A stretch of DNA of 63,552 bases from a virus (lineage: Duplodnaviria > Caudoviricetes). A model generated the notes under the pieces. The model was not told where the DNA came from and made no database searches. It saw nothing but the letters and a program-made list of their open reading frames with translations. The DNA is taken from positions 1 through 63,552 of IMG/VR virus record IMGVR_UViG_3300037458_000177. The stretch is one strand, 5' to 3'. The first letter of the stretch is position 1. Each line of letters starts with the position of its first letter. Below, piece by piece: positions 1-8,972 of this stretch. The translations under genes were made by a program, and so were the position numbers.

Positions 1-440
1 CACCAATTGCAGGTAATGGTTATATGCAAGCTGCCCAACCAATCCTGCGCCGCTATTGACATAAGCAGTACCGAGCGCACCGCCGTCCACGCCAGCAGAG
101 ATATTGGTAGTCGCACCCGATTGAATATTCTTCAGGCGTGTGGTAAAGGTAACACCAGTAACCGGGTTAACCACTCGATACTGGTGGCCGATTAGAATAG
201 AACCCGCCGGGAGCACCGCCAGATTCCACACTTCAGCAGCATTATCCGCCGTAGCATTTGCGCGCAAGTATTCCTTGAGCGCAACATCCTCAGTCGGATC
301 AACAACACGATTTAGCCAAGAGAATTGGGCACCCTTATGGGTAGCCATATCCAAGACATCGGACGCACCAACGGCTTTCGCCGGGTACATTGCAAAATCG
401 CCATTACTCGGGCGACCACCACCAAGAAACAGATTATGTT
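1..440. repeat. Terminal overlap copy 1 (matches 63113-63552, 16 substitutions)
   Basis: Direct base-by-base comparison: colinear, no indels, mismatches confined to positions 105-313. Confidence 0.95.
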
Positions 441-447
441 CAGCCAT
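1..447 (-). CDS. 5' part of a virion protein gene downstream of the capsid gene (putative capsid decoration/minor head protein); continues across the circular junction to 63026
   Basis: ATG at 447 (MAEHNLFLGGGRPSNGDFAMYPAK...) just after the MCP stop; same frame and protein as ORF 63026..63502. Confidence 0.75.
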   Translation of the reverse strand, partial: MAEHNLFLGGGRPSNGDFAMYPAKAVGASDVLDMATHKGAQFSWLNRVVDPTEDVALKEYLRANATADNAAEVWNLAVLPAGSILIGHQYRVVNPVTGVTFTTRLKNIQSGATTNISAGVDGGALGTAYVNSGAGLVGQLAYNHYLQLV

Positions 448-458
448 GATAGCACCTA

Positions 459-1394
459 TTAAGAAATGCGCGCGTACAGGGAAGCAAGCGCCTTCGGCTG
501 GAGAACCTTAAAACCATAAACCATCAATGCCTGATAGTAACGGTCAAAGGACTCGGCAGTCTCGATAATACGAGTCTTTTCGAGAGTTGCCGCAAAGGCA
601 GTAGCGCTACGATGTCCAGCAGTAATCTGGAAAATATTCGCGCCCACGCCTGCATCGAACACATACGGAACGAAGTTGCTAATGTAAATATCAAAGTTGC
701 AGATATTATTAGAAACCTTGCCGTTCAGATAGGTGCTCTTGTTATCGCCACTGAAATACGCAGCACGCAGTTCCGAATTCATCAGAACATTTTCAAACTG
801 CGGCGGCACAACAATGAACCGATCAGCAATCGGAATGCACTGTTCGTTCAGCGTACTGTGGATATCCGTCAGCACCTGAAGAACATTAGTAGCATCGACC
901 GTAACCGGCGCACCAGTAGTACCCAAAGAATACGCACCAGACACAACGCCTGCCGCATTACCTTGGTTAGCCACGTCTGCATCTGCAAACATCGACGGCA
1001 GCAAGTCTTGGTCAACCGACACGCCCATCTGGTACGCAGCACGCTTCTGGAAAGCGGACTTGATGGTCGGGAAGTTGCAAATCTGCTGTTCGTCAATCTG
1101 ATCGAACTTGATATTAACATACTTAGCACGATCAATGACCATAGTCACCGGCTCGAAACTAAGCGTATCGGATTCAAGACGACCGTTCTTCTGGTAGTCA
1201 CGAACGCGCACTTCCGGCTCACGGAAGAAAGTGAGCTGATCGCCACACTTCTTCAGATCACCTTCGTATTCACGGTTAGTAATATCACCGTAAACAGTAG
1301 TGCAGTAGAAAAGCTCCAGAAGTTCAAGACTGAACTTAGGAGAGATGATGCTACCGCTGTACTGCGGATAGCCCGGTGCTGCAATAATTGCCAT
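459..1394 (-). CDS. Major capsid protein (HK97 fold, P22 gp5-like coat family)
   Basis: 311 aa; ITNREYEGDLKKCGDQLTF, RFIVVPP, ALMVYGFKVLQP motifs typical of podovirus MCPs; follows a scaffold-like gene. Confidence 0.85.
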   Translation of the reverse strand: MAIIAAPGYPQYSGSIISPKFSLELLELFYCTTVYGDITNREYEGDLKKCGDQLTFFREPEVRVRDYQKNGRLESDTLSFEPVTMVIDRAKYVNIKFDQIDEQQICNFPTIKSAFQKRAAYQMGVSVDQDLLPSMFADADVANQGNAAGVVSGAYSLGTTGAPVTVDATNVLQVLTDIHSTLNEQCIPIADRFIVVPPQFENVLMNSELRAAYFSGDNKSTYLNGKVSNNICNFDIYISNFVPYVFDAGVGANIFQITAGHRSATAFAATLEKTRIIETAESFDRYYQALMVYGFKVLQPKALASLYARIS

Positions 1395-1404
1395 GATTTA
1401 ATCC

Positions 1405-2331
1405 TCAGGTGTCAAAGTTGACTCGACCTTCTTGGGCAGCTTTTTCGTAGACTGCCACCAACTCATCGAATTTCTTGCGGTCGATCCGGCCCTTACGGAA
1501 ATCTTGACTAATCTTTTCTCGGTCAGAAAACTTCAGAGTTTCTTTTGCCTTCGGCGGGTCCGATGATTTAACCGTGCCCGGCACCTGCTGATTACTCAGT
1601 TGTTTCGTACCAAGAGAGAATCCATCAAAGATTTCACGAATAGTTTTCGGATCACGACCCTTATGCGCGGTCATTAATGCTTGACCAACGGTAATCGTAG
1701 TGCGAGGAATCTTGCTATTTACGTATGCCTTCCAGTTAGGAGAAGCAAGTTTTTTACGCAGTTCAGGCACCGACTGTTCAAGCGCGGCGACGAACATTTC
1801 CTCACTCATATTTGCATATGATGTCTCGGCGGATTGCACCTTTTCCTGCAATTCGCTTAGTTGTTTACGCATCGGAGCCGTCATTTCATTGGCGAGCTTC
1901 CGAGCAACTTTTTCGATGGTAGGTAGACTTTGCGAAAACGCTTTTCGTTCTTCGGGCGTCAACTCATCCTGAGAAATTTCAGGAATTGGAGCCGGACTTT
2001 CTGGTGCTTTATCTAGGCGAGCACGAAGCTGCGCATTTTCTGTTTGAAGTGCGGTCAGGAGATTCTGTAAAGACTCTAGCCGCGCTTCTATTTTAGCATA
2101 TCCATCATCTTTTGCAACTGGGGCTGTGGTGCTGTCTGTGCGCTCTTCAGTGCTCTCGACTTCATGCCCCGAACCTCCCTCGCCCGACGTGAGGAAAGAG
2201 CCTTCCTGCTCGGCTCCTGCGCTCTCCTGCGATCCTGCGGCAGTGTCGGTTCCCTGCGCTGCTGCGAGCGCAGTTTCTTCTTCTTTACGTGCAGCATCTA
2301 ATTTAACCTGCATTGCAAGCGGCAAAGCCAT
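1405..2331 (-). CDS. Putative capsid scaffolding protein
   Basis: Acidic low-complexity N-terminus, coiled coil, C-terminal AAQEGRV-type motif; directly upstream of MCP. Confidence 0.7.
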   Translation of the reverse strand: MALPLAMQVKLDAARKEEETALAAAQGTDTAAGSQESAGAEQEGSFLTSGEGGSGHEVESTEERTDSTTAPVAKDDGYAKIEARLESLQNLLTALQTENAQLRARLDKAPESPAPIPEISQDELTPEERKAFSQSLPTIEKVARKLANEMTAPMRKQLSELQEKVQSAETSYANMSEEMFVAALEQSVPELRKKLASPNWKAYVNSKIPRTTITVGQALMTAHKGRDPKTIREIFDGFSLGTKQLSNQQVPGTVKSSDPPKAKETLKFSDREKISQDFRKGRIDRKKFDELVAVYEKAAQEGRVNFDT

Positions 2332-2335
2332 GATC

Positions 2336-2569
2336 TTAGTCCTCGAATGATATTTTCAAAACAACTTTTTTACCGACCAGTGTTCTTAGGGTAAAGAGCA
2401 ATCCCAATGCTTCGCTGCGCACTGCTTCCAACTTACTCGGATCAGTCATTAGTAGCCCGTTAAGAAGCTCGCACAACCGATCCGAATATATAGAAACTAA
2501 CTCTTTACCCGCAGAAGTAGCTGTCAGACTGTCTAACTGCTTACGTAGCTGCGGAGATATTTTCGACAT
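2336..2569 (-). CDS. Hypothetical protein
   Basis: 77-aa ORF tightly packed in the late operon. Confidence 0.6.
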   Translation of the reverse strand: MSKISPQLRKQLDSLTATSAGKELVSIYSDRLCELLNGLLMTDPSKLEAVRSEALGLLFTLRTLVGKKVVLKISFED

Positions 2570-2572
2570 AAC

Positions 2573-2719
2573 TTACTTACCGCAAGAGCAACCGCCCTTC
2601 TTACCACCCTTGCCCATCTTCTTGGGCATCGAGGACTTCTTGCCCTTAGCCATCTTCATGCCACCAGACATATTGCCCTTGTATTCTTGCATCTTCATCG
2701 GCTTCGGCTGACCTTTCAT
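2573..2719 (-). CDS. Small Lys/Gly/Met-rich basic protein (48 aa)
   Basis: GGAGG 6 nt before ATG at 2719, overlapping the upstream stop; MKGQPKPMKMQEYKGNMSGGMKMAKGKKSSMPKKMGKGGKKGGCSCGK. Confidence 0.65.
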   Translation of the reverse strand: MKGQPKPMKMQEYKGNMSGGMKMAKGKKSSMPKKMGKGGKKGGCSCGK

Positions 2720-3138
2720 GGTGTTCCTCCAAGTGCTGAAATATACTTCCGGATGATTATATCGAGTACATACACCCCGATAGATGTCGCTACAGTTGCC
2801 ACCGCTGCTAATGCCGCAAAACGCCCTTTCCAATTAGCTTGTGAGATTGACTCATCTACATGCCATTTTTCGAGGGTTGTTATCCGCTCTTCGAGTCTTG
2901 CGTTAATACGCCAATTCTCGATAGCTAGAACCTTCTCAACGATATGTTCGTGCCGATCAATGCTATCTGCTAGATTATTTACCGAAGTTACGACAGAACT
3001 ATACGTCTGCTTTTGCTCCGATATACTTTCTTTGATTTCCGAGAATAGCGATCGATGCTCCCTCAGTTCATCATACATATTTTTCTGAGCAGACAATAAC
3101 ATATTCATCGGACTTGTCGGACTACTATCCGATGTCAC
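2716..3138 (-). CDS. Coiled-coil protein with C-terminal transmembrane segment (possible holin-like/lysis accessory)
   Basis: Coiled coil followed by hydrophobic FAALAAVATVATSIGVYVLDIII; near the endolysin. Confidence 0.5.
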   Translation of the reverse strand: MTSDSSPTSPMNMLLSAQKNMYDELREHRSLFSEIKESISEQKQTYSSVVTSVNNLADSIDRHEHIVEKVLAIENWRINARLEERITTLEKWHVDESISQANWKGRFAALAAVATVATSIGVYVLDIIIRKYISALGGTP

Positions 3139-3494
3139 GATGAAATCTCCACGTAGAAAGCACCCAGCGGGGTTTGTCCGTCATACCGGAGGCGATATCT
3201 ACCGGGAACAGTCACATATAGACAGGTCTGCCCGGAAGTTATCTGGATCAGCGTTCCTGCTTGGTACACATCTTGGTAGAATTGCCCGCCATCACCGCCA
3301 ACGTGTTGCAAAATAAGCGTATCATCTGGTCCAAGATTATAGGCGACAACTGGGAGAGGGGTATCTTTGACAGCAAACGTATGCGAGGCATTGTTCAGGC
3401 TATCAGGACCAAACAGCACTTTAGGATTCGTCGGCTGTGCGACGCTTTTCCCTTCTGAAACTTCTGACAAAGTAACTCTGCCTGTTTTTATCAT
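3135..3494 (-). CDS. Small beta-sandwich virion/adaptor protein
   Basis: Shares a module with the N-termini of the 8973..9890 and 9903..12908 products. Confidence 0.5.
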   Translation of the reverse strand: MIKTGRVTLSEVSEGKSVAQPTNPKVLFGPDSLNNASHTFAVKDTPLPVVAYNLGPDDTLILQHVGGDGGQFYQDVYQAGTLIQITSGQTCLYVTVPGRYRLRYDGQTPLGAFYVEISS

Positions 3495-4018
3495 GGGAGA
3501 ATCCTAATGTACGATGCGATTATCGACGAATCAACTTTGCGGGTTCTGGCATAAACACCGTCATTAACTCGTCCCCGAATACCTGTGTTTCCTTCTATAG
3601 CAGTTATGGAAGTATCGCCGGGAAGTTGATCTAAAGCGATAATTCCAATATGGCTAAAGTCGTAGACTACTATATCACCTCTGCGTGCCGGTGCAATAGC
3701 ATTTTTAATTACTGCGAGTTTTCGGGTTTCGCCCCATTTTTCCCAATCGAACGCTCGGGCAGATTTACATCGCCAAGCCTCTGCTCCAGCAATACTAGGT
3801 AGAATCTTGGCAGCTACCAATTCTTTGAGTACCGCAGGTTCTTCTAGCGTCTTTTTCAAACACCAAGAAACGAACGCTGCACACCACGAGTATGCTCCCG
3901 GTCCTAGCGTAGTCGCTGTTTGATATGTGCGAATTCGTTCGCCTACATTCTGTGACTCTTCTCGCACTCCAATTTCGTTGAACGCAATATAGTACAGAGT
4001 GCGGACGAACTCGCTCAT
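3491..4018 (-). CDS. Endolysin, CHAP-type (Cys/His) peptidoglycan hydrolase
   Basis: YSWCAAFVSW (catalytic Cys), GDIVVYDFSHIGII (His), IEGNT. Confidence 0.85.
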   Translation of the reverse strand: MSEFVRTLYYIAFNEIGVREESQNVGERIRTYQTATTLGPGAYSWCAAFVSWCLKKTLEEPAVLKELVAAKILPSIAGAEAWRCKSARAFDWEKWGETRKLAVIKNAIAPARRGDIVVYDFSHIGIIALDQLPGDTSITAIEGNTGIRGRVNDGVYARTRKVDSSIIASYIRILP

Positions 4019-4027
4019 TGATAGTCC

Positions 4028-4654
4028 TTAGGCGTAGAAATTAGGCGCTTTATTCTTTGTCGCCATGTTACTTGACTGATAGTGAATATCCGACGTATGC
4101 GCAAAAACTGCATCCGAACAATTATCTTCGATGTCATTCGCCATGCGATAGAGTCGCACAAGTATGATACCGTCAACTTCCAAAGCAGGTATCGAAACGG
4201 CAACAGTTTCCGCAACCATATGTTGATACCGTGTGGCAGGGCATGCCTGAAGTACCGTCACTGTCTGAAACGCAGGAAACGCAGCTTGATTGAATCCTTT
4301 AGCAAAGGAATAGTCAAAGCCCCATTTGACGTTTCCGGTGTTTGGCGTAGCCGCTGCATTCGACCAATGAACGTGAAAGAAGATATCTGTTCCCGGCACA
4401 TAATCGTGGGGTACATGAAACACAACGAACACTTCCTGCATCGTAGTTGCAGAAAATTGATACTGCCGCATTACCGTGCCAGTATAAATCGCGAAAGAAG
4501 GATCGGCACCACCCGATCCACGTACTTCAATCTGGCCGATAATATCGCGCCAACCAAAAGTTGGCGCGTCTACACCGACCTGTAACCCCGACCCAGAAGT
4601 TTGTGGTAAAGAAACCATCGAATCAAAGGAAACTATGTCGGTTTTGGTTTTCAC
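4028..4654 (-). CDS. Putative tail-fibre/receptor-binding head-domain protein
   Basis: Beta-rich 208 aa (FHVPHDYVPGTDIFFHVHWS) within the fibre cassette. Confidence 0.5.
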   Translation of the reverse strand: MKTKTDIVSFDSMVSLPQTSGSGLQVGVDAPTFGWRDIIGQIEVRGSGGADPSFAIYTGTVMRQYQFSATTMQEVFVVFHVPHDYVPGTDIFFHVHWSNAAATPNTGNVKWGFDYSFAKGFNQAAFPAFQTVTVLQACPATRYQHMVAETVAVSIPALEVDGIILVRLYRMANDIEDNCSDAVFAHTSDIHYQSSNMATKNKAPNFYA

Positions 4655-4666
4655 GATCTGTCCTTG

Positions 4667-4849
4667 TTACATTTCTTCGGGAAAATCTACTGACGAAACT
4701 GGTTCATCCGAAACAGTTTCTACCTTTTCGAGAACAGCAAGTACTGCTGCTGCATCTCGGGCACACTGAAGCCCTGCTGTACGCACGCCTGCATCGATCA
4801 GATTGACAAGTGCATTGAATTCAGTATCAGAACAACGAAGAATTTTCAT
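4667..4849 (-). CDS. Hypothetical protein (possible fibre chaperone)
   Basis: 60 aa, AGGA upstream, in the fibre cassette. Confidence 0.55.
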   Translation of the reverse strand: MKILRCSDTEFNALVNLIDAGVRTAGLQCARDAAAVLAVLEKVETVSDEPVSSVDFPEEM

Positions 4850-4861
4850 GATTTATTTTCC

Positions 4862-5524
4862 TTAAATTCCCGGTAGGGGGAGTGTGGGGGGAGTAAATGG
4901 AGCAATATATCTAGCTGCCCTTGTTAAACGAACGGAGTAGCATCGACCCGGCATTGGGTAAAGCGGAATTTGTTGTCCTGCGCCTACACGTACAGAACTT
5001 GCTGCAAGGTAGATACTTTGGCCCGACCAAATTGCTTTCTGGACTCCATCTACAAAAAGCCTGTTGGTAGTGCCGCTTCTACAAACACACAAATGATGCG
5101 TGATTCCTGCACTTACTGAACCGGGGCCAGCATTAATTACATATTGACTTGTAAAGTACACTACATTGCCGGCTGCATCGTTGTACATGCATGGATATTG
5201 CCCATTTATATTGGTTGGGCGAAGATCAACGTAGAATGATGGGGGGTTGAGCGAAGTCGCATTTGCCCATACTTCGAGCGTATAGTCGTCAGAACCAATA
5301 GCAAGACTACTTAGATTTTCCGTTGACTGTATATATGAGCTACCATTCAGTAGAAGTGAGTTATTATCGGCGGTAGCACCAGCCCCGACCGCTGACCATG
5401 TACGCCCCGCCTCATCACTAAACGATGTTGCGCCATTAGTTTCTCGAAAGCGCAACAACAAAACAACCTGTTCAGCAAAAGGATCTACTATACCCGATCG
5501 CGCAAATCCTTGTCCGCGTTTCAT
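4862..5524 (-). CDS. Concanavalin A/LamG-like lectin domain protein
   Basis: VVLLLRF...SFSDE, DYTLEVW, HHLCVCRSGTTNRLFVDG, VRLTRAARY..PFTPPTLPLP pattern. Confidence 0.8.
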   Translation of the reverse strand: MKRGQGFARSGIVDPFAEQVVLLLRFRETNGATSFSDEAGRTWSAVGAGATADNNSLLLNGSSYIQSTENLSSLAIGSDDYTLEVWANATSLNPPSFYVDLRPTNINGQYPCMYNDAAGNVVYFTSQYVINAGPGSVSAGITHHLCVCRSGTTNRLFVDGVQKAIWSGQSIYLAASSVRVGAGQQIPLYPMPGRCYSVRLTRAARYIAPFTPPTLPLPGI

Positions 5525-5829
5525 ACGGTATCTCCGCCAATAACTACGGAGTTAATATCATCACATTCCCACCATAGGAATGCTGGGGCATCATTAGACC
5601 CCGTATGCCCCGCCGATGAGGATGAAGGAGTAACTACCATATTACCCGTAGCGCTCCACGTTACGGCACCAGCACCTGCGGCGCGTTGAACCCAGCCACC
5701 CATACCTTGAACAAGCGTATCAGGAAATACTACGCTATTTGCCCCAGCGTCAGTAAAACGGATACACTTATTAACGTCAGTTTCGCCGATAGTGTGGGTA
5801 TTGGCAGATGTTGGAGCTTTATAAGCCAT
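5521..5829 (-). CDS. Small tail-fibre-associated protein
   Basis: 102 aa, TIGETDVNKCIRF...GAGAVTW...VVIGGD pattern seen at fibre tips. Confidence 0.5.
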   Translation of the reverse strand: MAYKAPTSANTHTIGETDVNKCIRFTDAGANSVVFPDTLVQGMGGWVQRAAGAGAVTWSATGNMVVTPSSSSAGHTGSNDAPAFLWWECDDINSVVIGGDTV

Positions 5830-5886
5830 ACGAGCTACAAATATAGCTTTAACTTCTAGTTCATCTGTCCTAATCTTCGTAGTCGA

Positions 5887-6186
5887 TTACTCAGGAACAT
5901 TGGGAGGAACAACAGCAGCCTTATCAAGTTCGTGCTTCCAGCGAATCACATTTGCACGCGTACCTGCCCATAGCGCACGAGCATAGTTGCGATACGCTTC
6001 AACTTCATTTGGACCTGTACGCGGAAGAGTCTGGCCGAAAGTAGGACTACCTTCGACGGTATCTTTCGGAGCGTACTGCGACCAAAGCCAGTCAATGAAT
6101 AGTGCTTCCTGCGGGGCAGTAATATCGGGCGCGTTGACCGTAACCGTACCTGCCGTAGCAATGAATGAGAAACGAAGATTTGGCAT
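5887..6186 (-). CDS. Hypothetical protein
   Basis: 99 aa with AAGGGA RBS. Confidence 0.6.
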   Translation of the reverse strand: MPNLRFSFIATAGTVTVNAPDITAPQEALFIDWLWSQYAPKDTVEGSPTFGQTLPRTGPNEVEAYRNYARALWAGTRANVIRWKHELDKAAVVPPNVPE

Positions 6187-6199
6187 TTCAATTATCCCT

Positions 6200-7606
6200 T
6201 TAGGCTACTTGGATACACTTCAATTCGCCGACCCAGTAGATCGTCGTTGCTGCGACGCCGGTGACTTGAATCTCGACTGACTCCAGCGTGTTATTTGCGA
6301 CCAGAGTACACGTCGCGGTCGCAAGCGCAGCATCCGCAGCAATTGTCGTCACCGTTGCCGTTCCGACAATGGTCGTATTGTTCGCTCCGTCGCGCTTGAA
6401 TACACCCTTGATCTCGAAACCGGCAGCATTGCCTGCGGTATCACGGCATCCAACAACGGCAACCGCAGTGACCATGCTGCTTGCTGGGATCACCATCACG
6501 GTTGTTCCACTAATAGTCGCACCGTCCGTTGCCAAACTGATTGGGGTTGCATCTGATGTAGTTCTTCGCACGAGTTGGCCGATCACCTGTGCGTCGCCAT
6601 TGACTGCCCTGAAAGACGACGCATAGGCATATGCAGCAGTCAAGCCGCGCGTGGTTGCGTCTCGCCCGCCGGGAATCCATGACCTGTCTCCGCTTGCGAT
6701 GTTGCGGTATCCGCCCGCAACGCATGACCATGCGCCAGACGCGGTGTTTTGCTCGCCGCCACCAATTGTACTGCCTTGCCCACTCGCGACTTGGGCTGCA
6801 GCGATCCTAGTCGTCTGCCAATCAACCGCACCCGACCCACGCGCATTACCACCCGCAGCCGTACTATCTGGCACATGCGCAGAGATCGCACCCGTGCCCG
6901 CAGGAGTCAACGCGATGCCGATATTGTCCGTACCAGTCCCCGCAGTCTCCGCAGCGACCTGCATCCAACCGGCAACCGGGCTGGCACTCAGAGACAGACG
7001 CTCGTAATTGCTGGCGTCGGTATAGGTGCCGTATATGCGGGAGGTTTGAGCGTTGGCGCCGTTGCGTTGGGCGAGGGTGTTGGCGGCATCGCGAAGCAGA
7101 CTAAGGTCTTTCGATATGCCGGGATTTGAGCTTCCTGTAAACCAGATTGACGAGTTTGTATTTAACTCGATAAACCCCGGTCTAATCCAGATACCGTTAC
7201 TACCCGCGTAGATGTCGCTGGAAAACGTAGCATCGTCGGTAACCGTCAAGTCATCCGCGATAACTACAGACCCAGATTGCGTAACCCTAAACCTTGACAC
7301 TCCGCCGACCTGCAAATCGGCAAGTAAACTCGCAGCATTACTGGCAGTATTCGTGACGTTGAACTTCAGCCCGGTAAACGGCACCGCAGCGTTATTCCAC
7401 GTCTGCGACAAGTCCAACACCGGAGCACTGGCAGTCACCGTCGCGCCGCCGAGCGTAATAGTTTTATTTGTAGCGTTATATACAAACCCAGTATCACCGG
7501 CGAACGCACCAGCATTATTATACTGAACTTGTGTATCTAGTCCGCCGGGAACGCCGCCACCGCCGCCACCAATAGCGGGAACATATATGAAGCCACGCTT
7601 ATTCAT
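6200..7606 (-). CDS. Tail fibre/adhesin-like protein
   Basis: PGGLDTQVQYNNAGAFAG module, Gly-rich beta-roll repeats (ASGxxSxVxGGxxN); C-terminal domain paralogous to 8112..8969. Confidence 0.75.
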   Translation of the reverse strand: MNKRGFIYVPAIGGGGGGVPGGLDTQVQYNNAGAFAGDTGFVYNATNKTITLGGATVTASAPVLDLSQTWNNAAVPFTGLKFNVTNTASNAASLLADLQVGGVSRFRVTQSGSVVIADDLTVTDDATFSSDIYAGSNGIWIRPGFIELNTNSSIWFTGSSNPGISKDLSLLRDAANTLAQRNGANAQTSRIYGTYTDASNYERLSLSASPVAGWMQVAAETAGTGTDNIGIALTPAGTGAISAHVPDSTAAGGNARGSGAVDWQTTRIAAAQVASGQGSTIGGGEQNTASGAWSCVAGGYRNIASGDRSWIPGGRDATTRGLTAAYAYASSFRAVNGDAQVIGQLVRRTTSDATPISLATDGATISGTTVMVIPASSMVTAVAVVGCRDTAGNAAGFEIKGVFKRDGANNTTIVGTATVTTIAADAALATATCTLVANNTLESVEIQVTGVAATTIYWVGELKCIQVA

Positions 7607-7607
7607 A

Positions 7608-8108
7608 TTAGCTCTCCCAGCGTGCGTAAACGTCTACTGGCGTATTTGCTACATCTTTTCGGCGAACAGACAATTGATCGGCATTTGTAATACCTTCAAA
7701 GGTAAAACCAGAACCATCAGGAACTGGTAGACCGATACCTACGCCGTCTTGCCGCACTTCGAGCATTGTGCCTGTAGTATTTACGATAATCAATCGTTCG
7801 CATGCTTGCGGGGGAAACGGTATCCAGTCAGTACCGACGATGGTAGTAGCAATCAGCGTATTACCGGCGCTTTGGACTGAGAGATTTTCAAGATACGCAG
7901 CAATAGTATCTAGGCGAGTTTCTACAGATTCAAGCTCGACAAGAGCTTCGTCATCTGCACTCATACCTAGATACTTTACGGTACCATCAGCACGAACACC
8001 GCCGATTACTTGAAGTACGCCACCGTCATTTGGTGGCGTATCTCGCTCGAAATTTGCTTCGTCAACATAGTTAACTGGAGCGCGTCTTGCAATTTGTTGA
8101 AGGCTCAT
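7608..8108 (-). CDS. Putative virion protein
   Basis: 166 aa in the fibre cassette. Confidence 0.55.
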   Translation of the reverse strand: MSLQQIARRAPVNYVDEANFERDTPPNDGGVLQVIGGVRADGTVKYLGMSADDEALVELESVETRLDTIAAYLENLSVQSAGNTLIATTIVGTDWIPFPPQACERLIIVNTTGTMLEVRQDGVGIGLPVPDGSGFTFEGITNADQLSVRRKDVANTPVDVYARWES

Positions 8109-8111
8109 TTC

Positions 8112-8969
8112 TTAGCTCTCCCCGCCGCCAGGTCCACCAATTGTTCCGTTAAGGAAGCCAATTTCTCGGATTGTGATTTCGGCACCAGCTATAGCGTCTA
8201 CACCGATTACCCCTGTAAATTGGACATGAATAGCCCCTAGTACCGTATCTGCGACTAGGGTAAATAGAGGAGCAAATCCTACAGAAACGCCGTGTTCGAC
8301 CGAAGTTACTGCGCCAATAATTGTTGTGGATGCCTCATCTATACCCCGTCGCACCGTCGCTTTAAGTGTAACAGAATACGCATCACCAGAATCGTTATCA
8401 ACCGCTACACACTCTGCGACAACAATACCGACAGTAGCGTTACGGAGAATGAGGCAGTTAGTTTCATCTGCGACAAGATTATTAGCAGTAAGTACCGCTG
8501 GGGTATCGTTTTCTGTTACTGCCCAAAGCTGCATACCAAGAGTATGTATTGGTGCGTCTACATCACTGCCGTATGCATGTGCCCCAATCAGCTTCCGCGT
8601 ATTTCCGCTAAATCCACCGGGAATCCAAGAATGCGCACCCGAAGCAAGATTGAACTGACCACCGGCAACTGATGCTGCGTTTCCTGAAACAATATTATTT
8701 ATGCCACCAGAAACTGTGCCGTTCGTAGAATAAACTTCGTTACTGTAACCGCCTCCGACAGTGCCGTAGTAAATTACAGCACCTTTGTCTCCGCCAACAA
8801 AATTCTCAATACCGCCAGATATAGTCGCGTAATCACTAGCAGCATTATTATCTTCACCGCCACTAATTGTAGCGCCAAAGCCTGTGAGCAAGTTACCAAC
8901 ACCGAGCGTCTTTTTTGTGAATGCCGCTCGGGTTAGTCCTGTACTACTATATCGATCTCGGGTATACAT
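8112..8969 (-). CDS. Tail fibre/adhesin-like protein
   Basis: ATISGGxxN beta-roll repeats; paralogue of 6200..7606. Confidence 0.7.
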   Translation of the reverse strand: MYTRDRYSSTGLTRAAFTKKTLGVGNLLTGFGATISGGEDNNAASDYATISGGIENFVGGDKGAVIYYGTVGGGYSNEVYSTNGTVSGGINNIVSGNAASVAGGQFNLASGAHSWIPGGFSGNTRKLIGAHAYGSDVDAPIHTLGMQLWAVTENDTPAVLTANNLVADETNCLILRNATVGIVVAECVAVDNDSGDAYSVTLKATVRRGIDEASTTIIGAVTSVEHGVSVGFAPLFTLVADTVLGAIHVQFTGVIGVDAIAGAEITIREIGFLNGTIGGPGGGES

Positions 8970-8972
8970 AAA

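Noticed and set aside
612-1421. Long antisense ORFs (also 24319..25023, 38142..39266, 50199..50924)
   Set aside because: Shadows of well-supported genes on the opposite strand, with no recognisable motifs.
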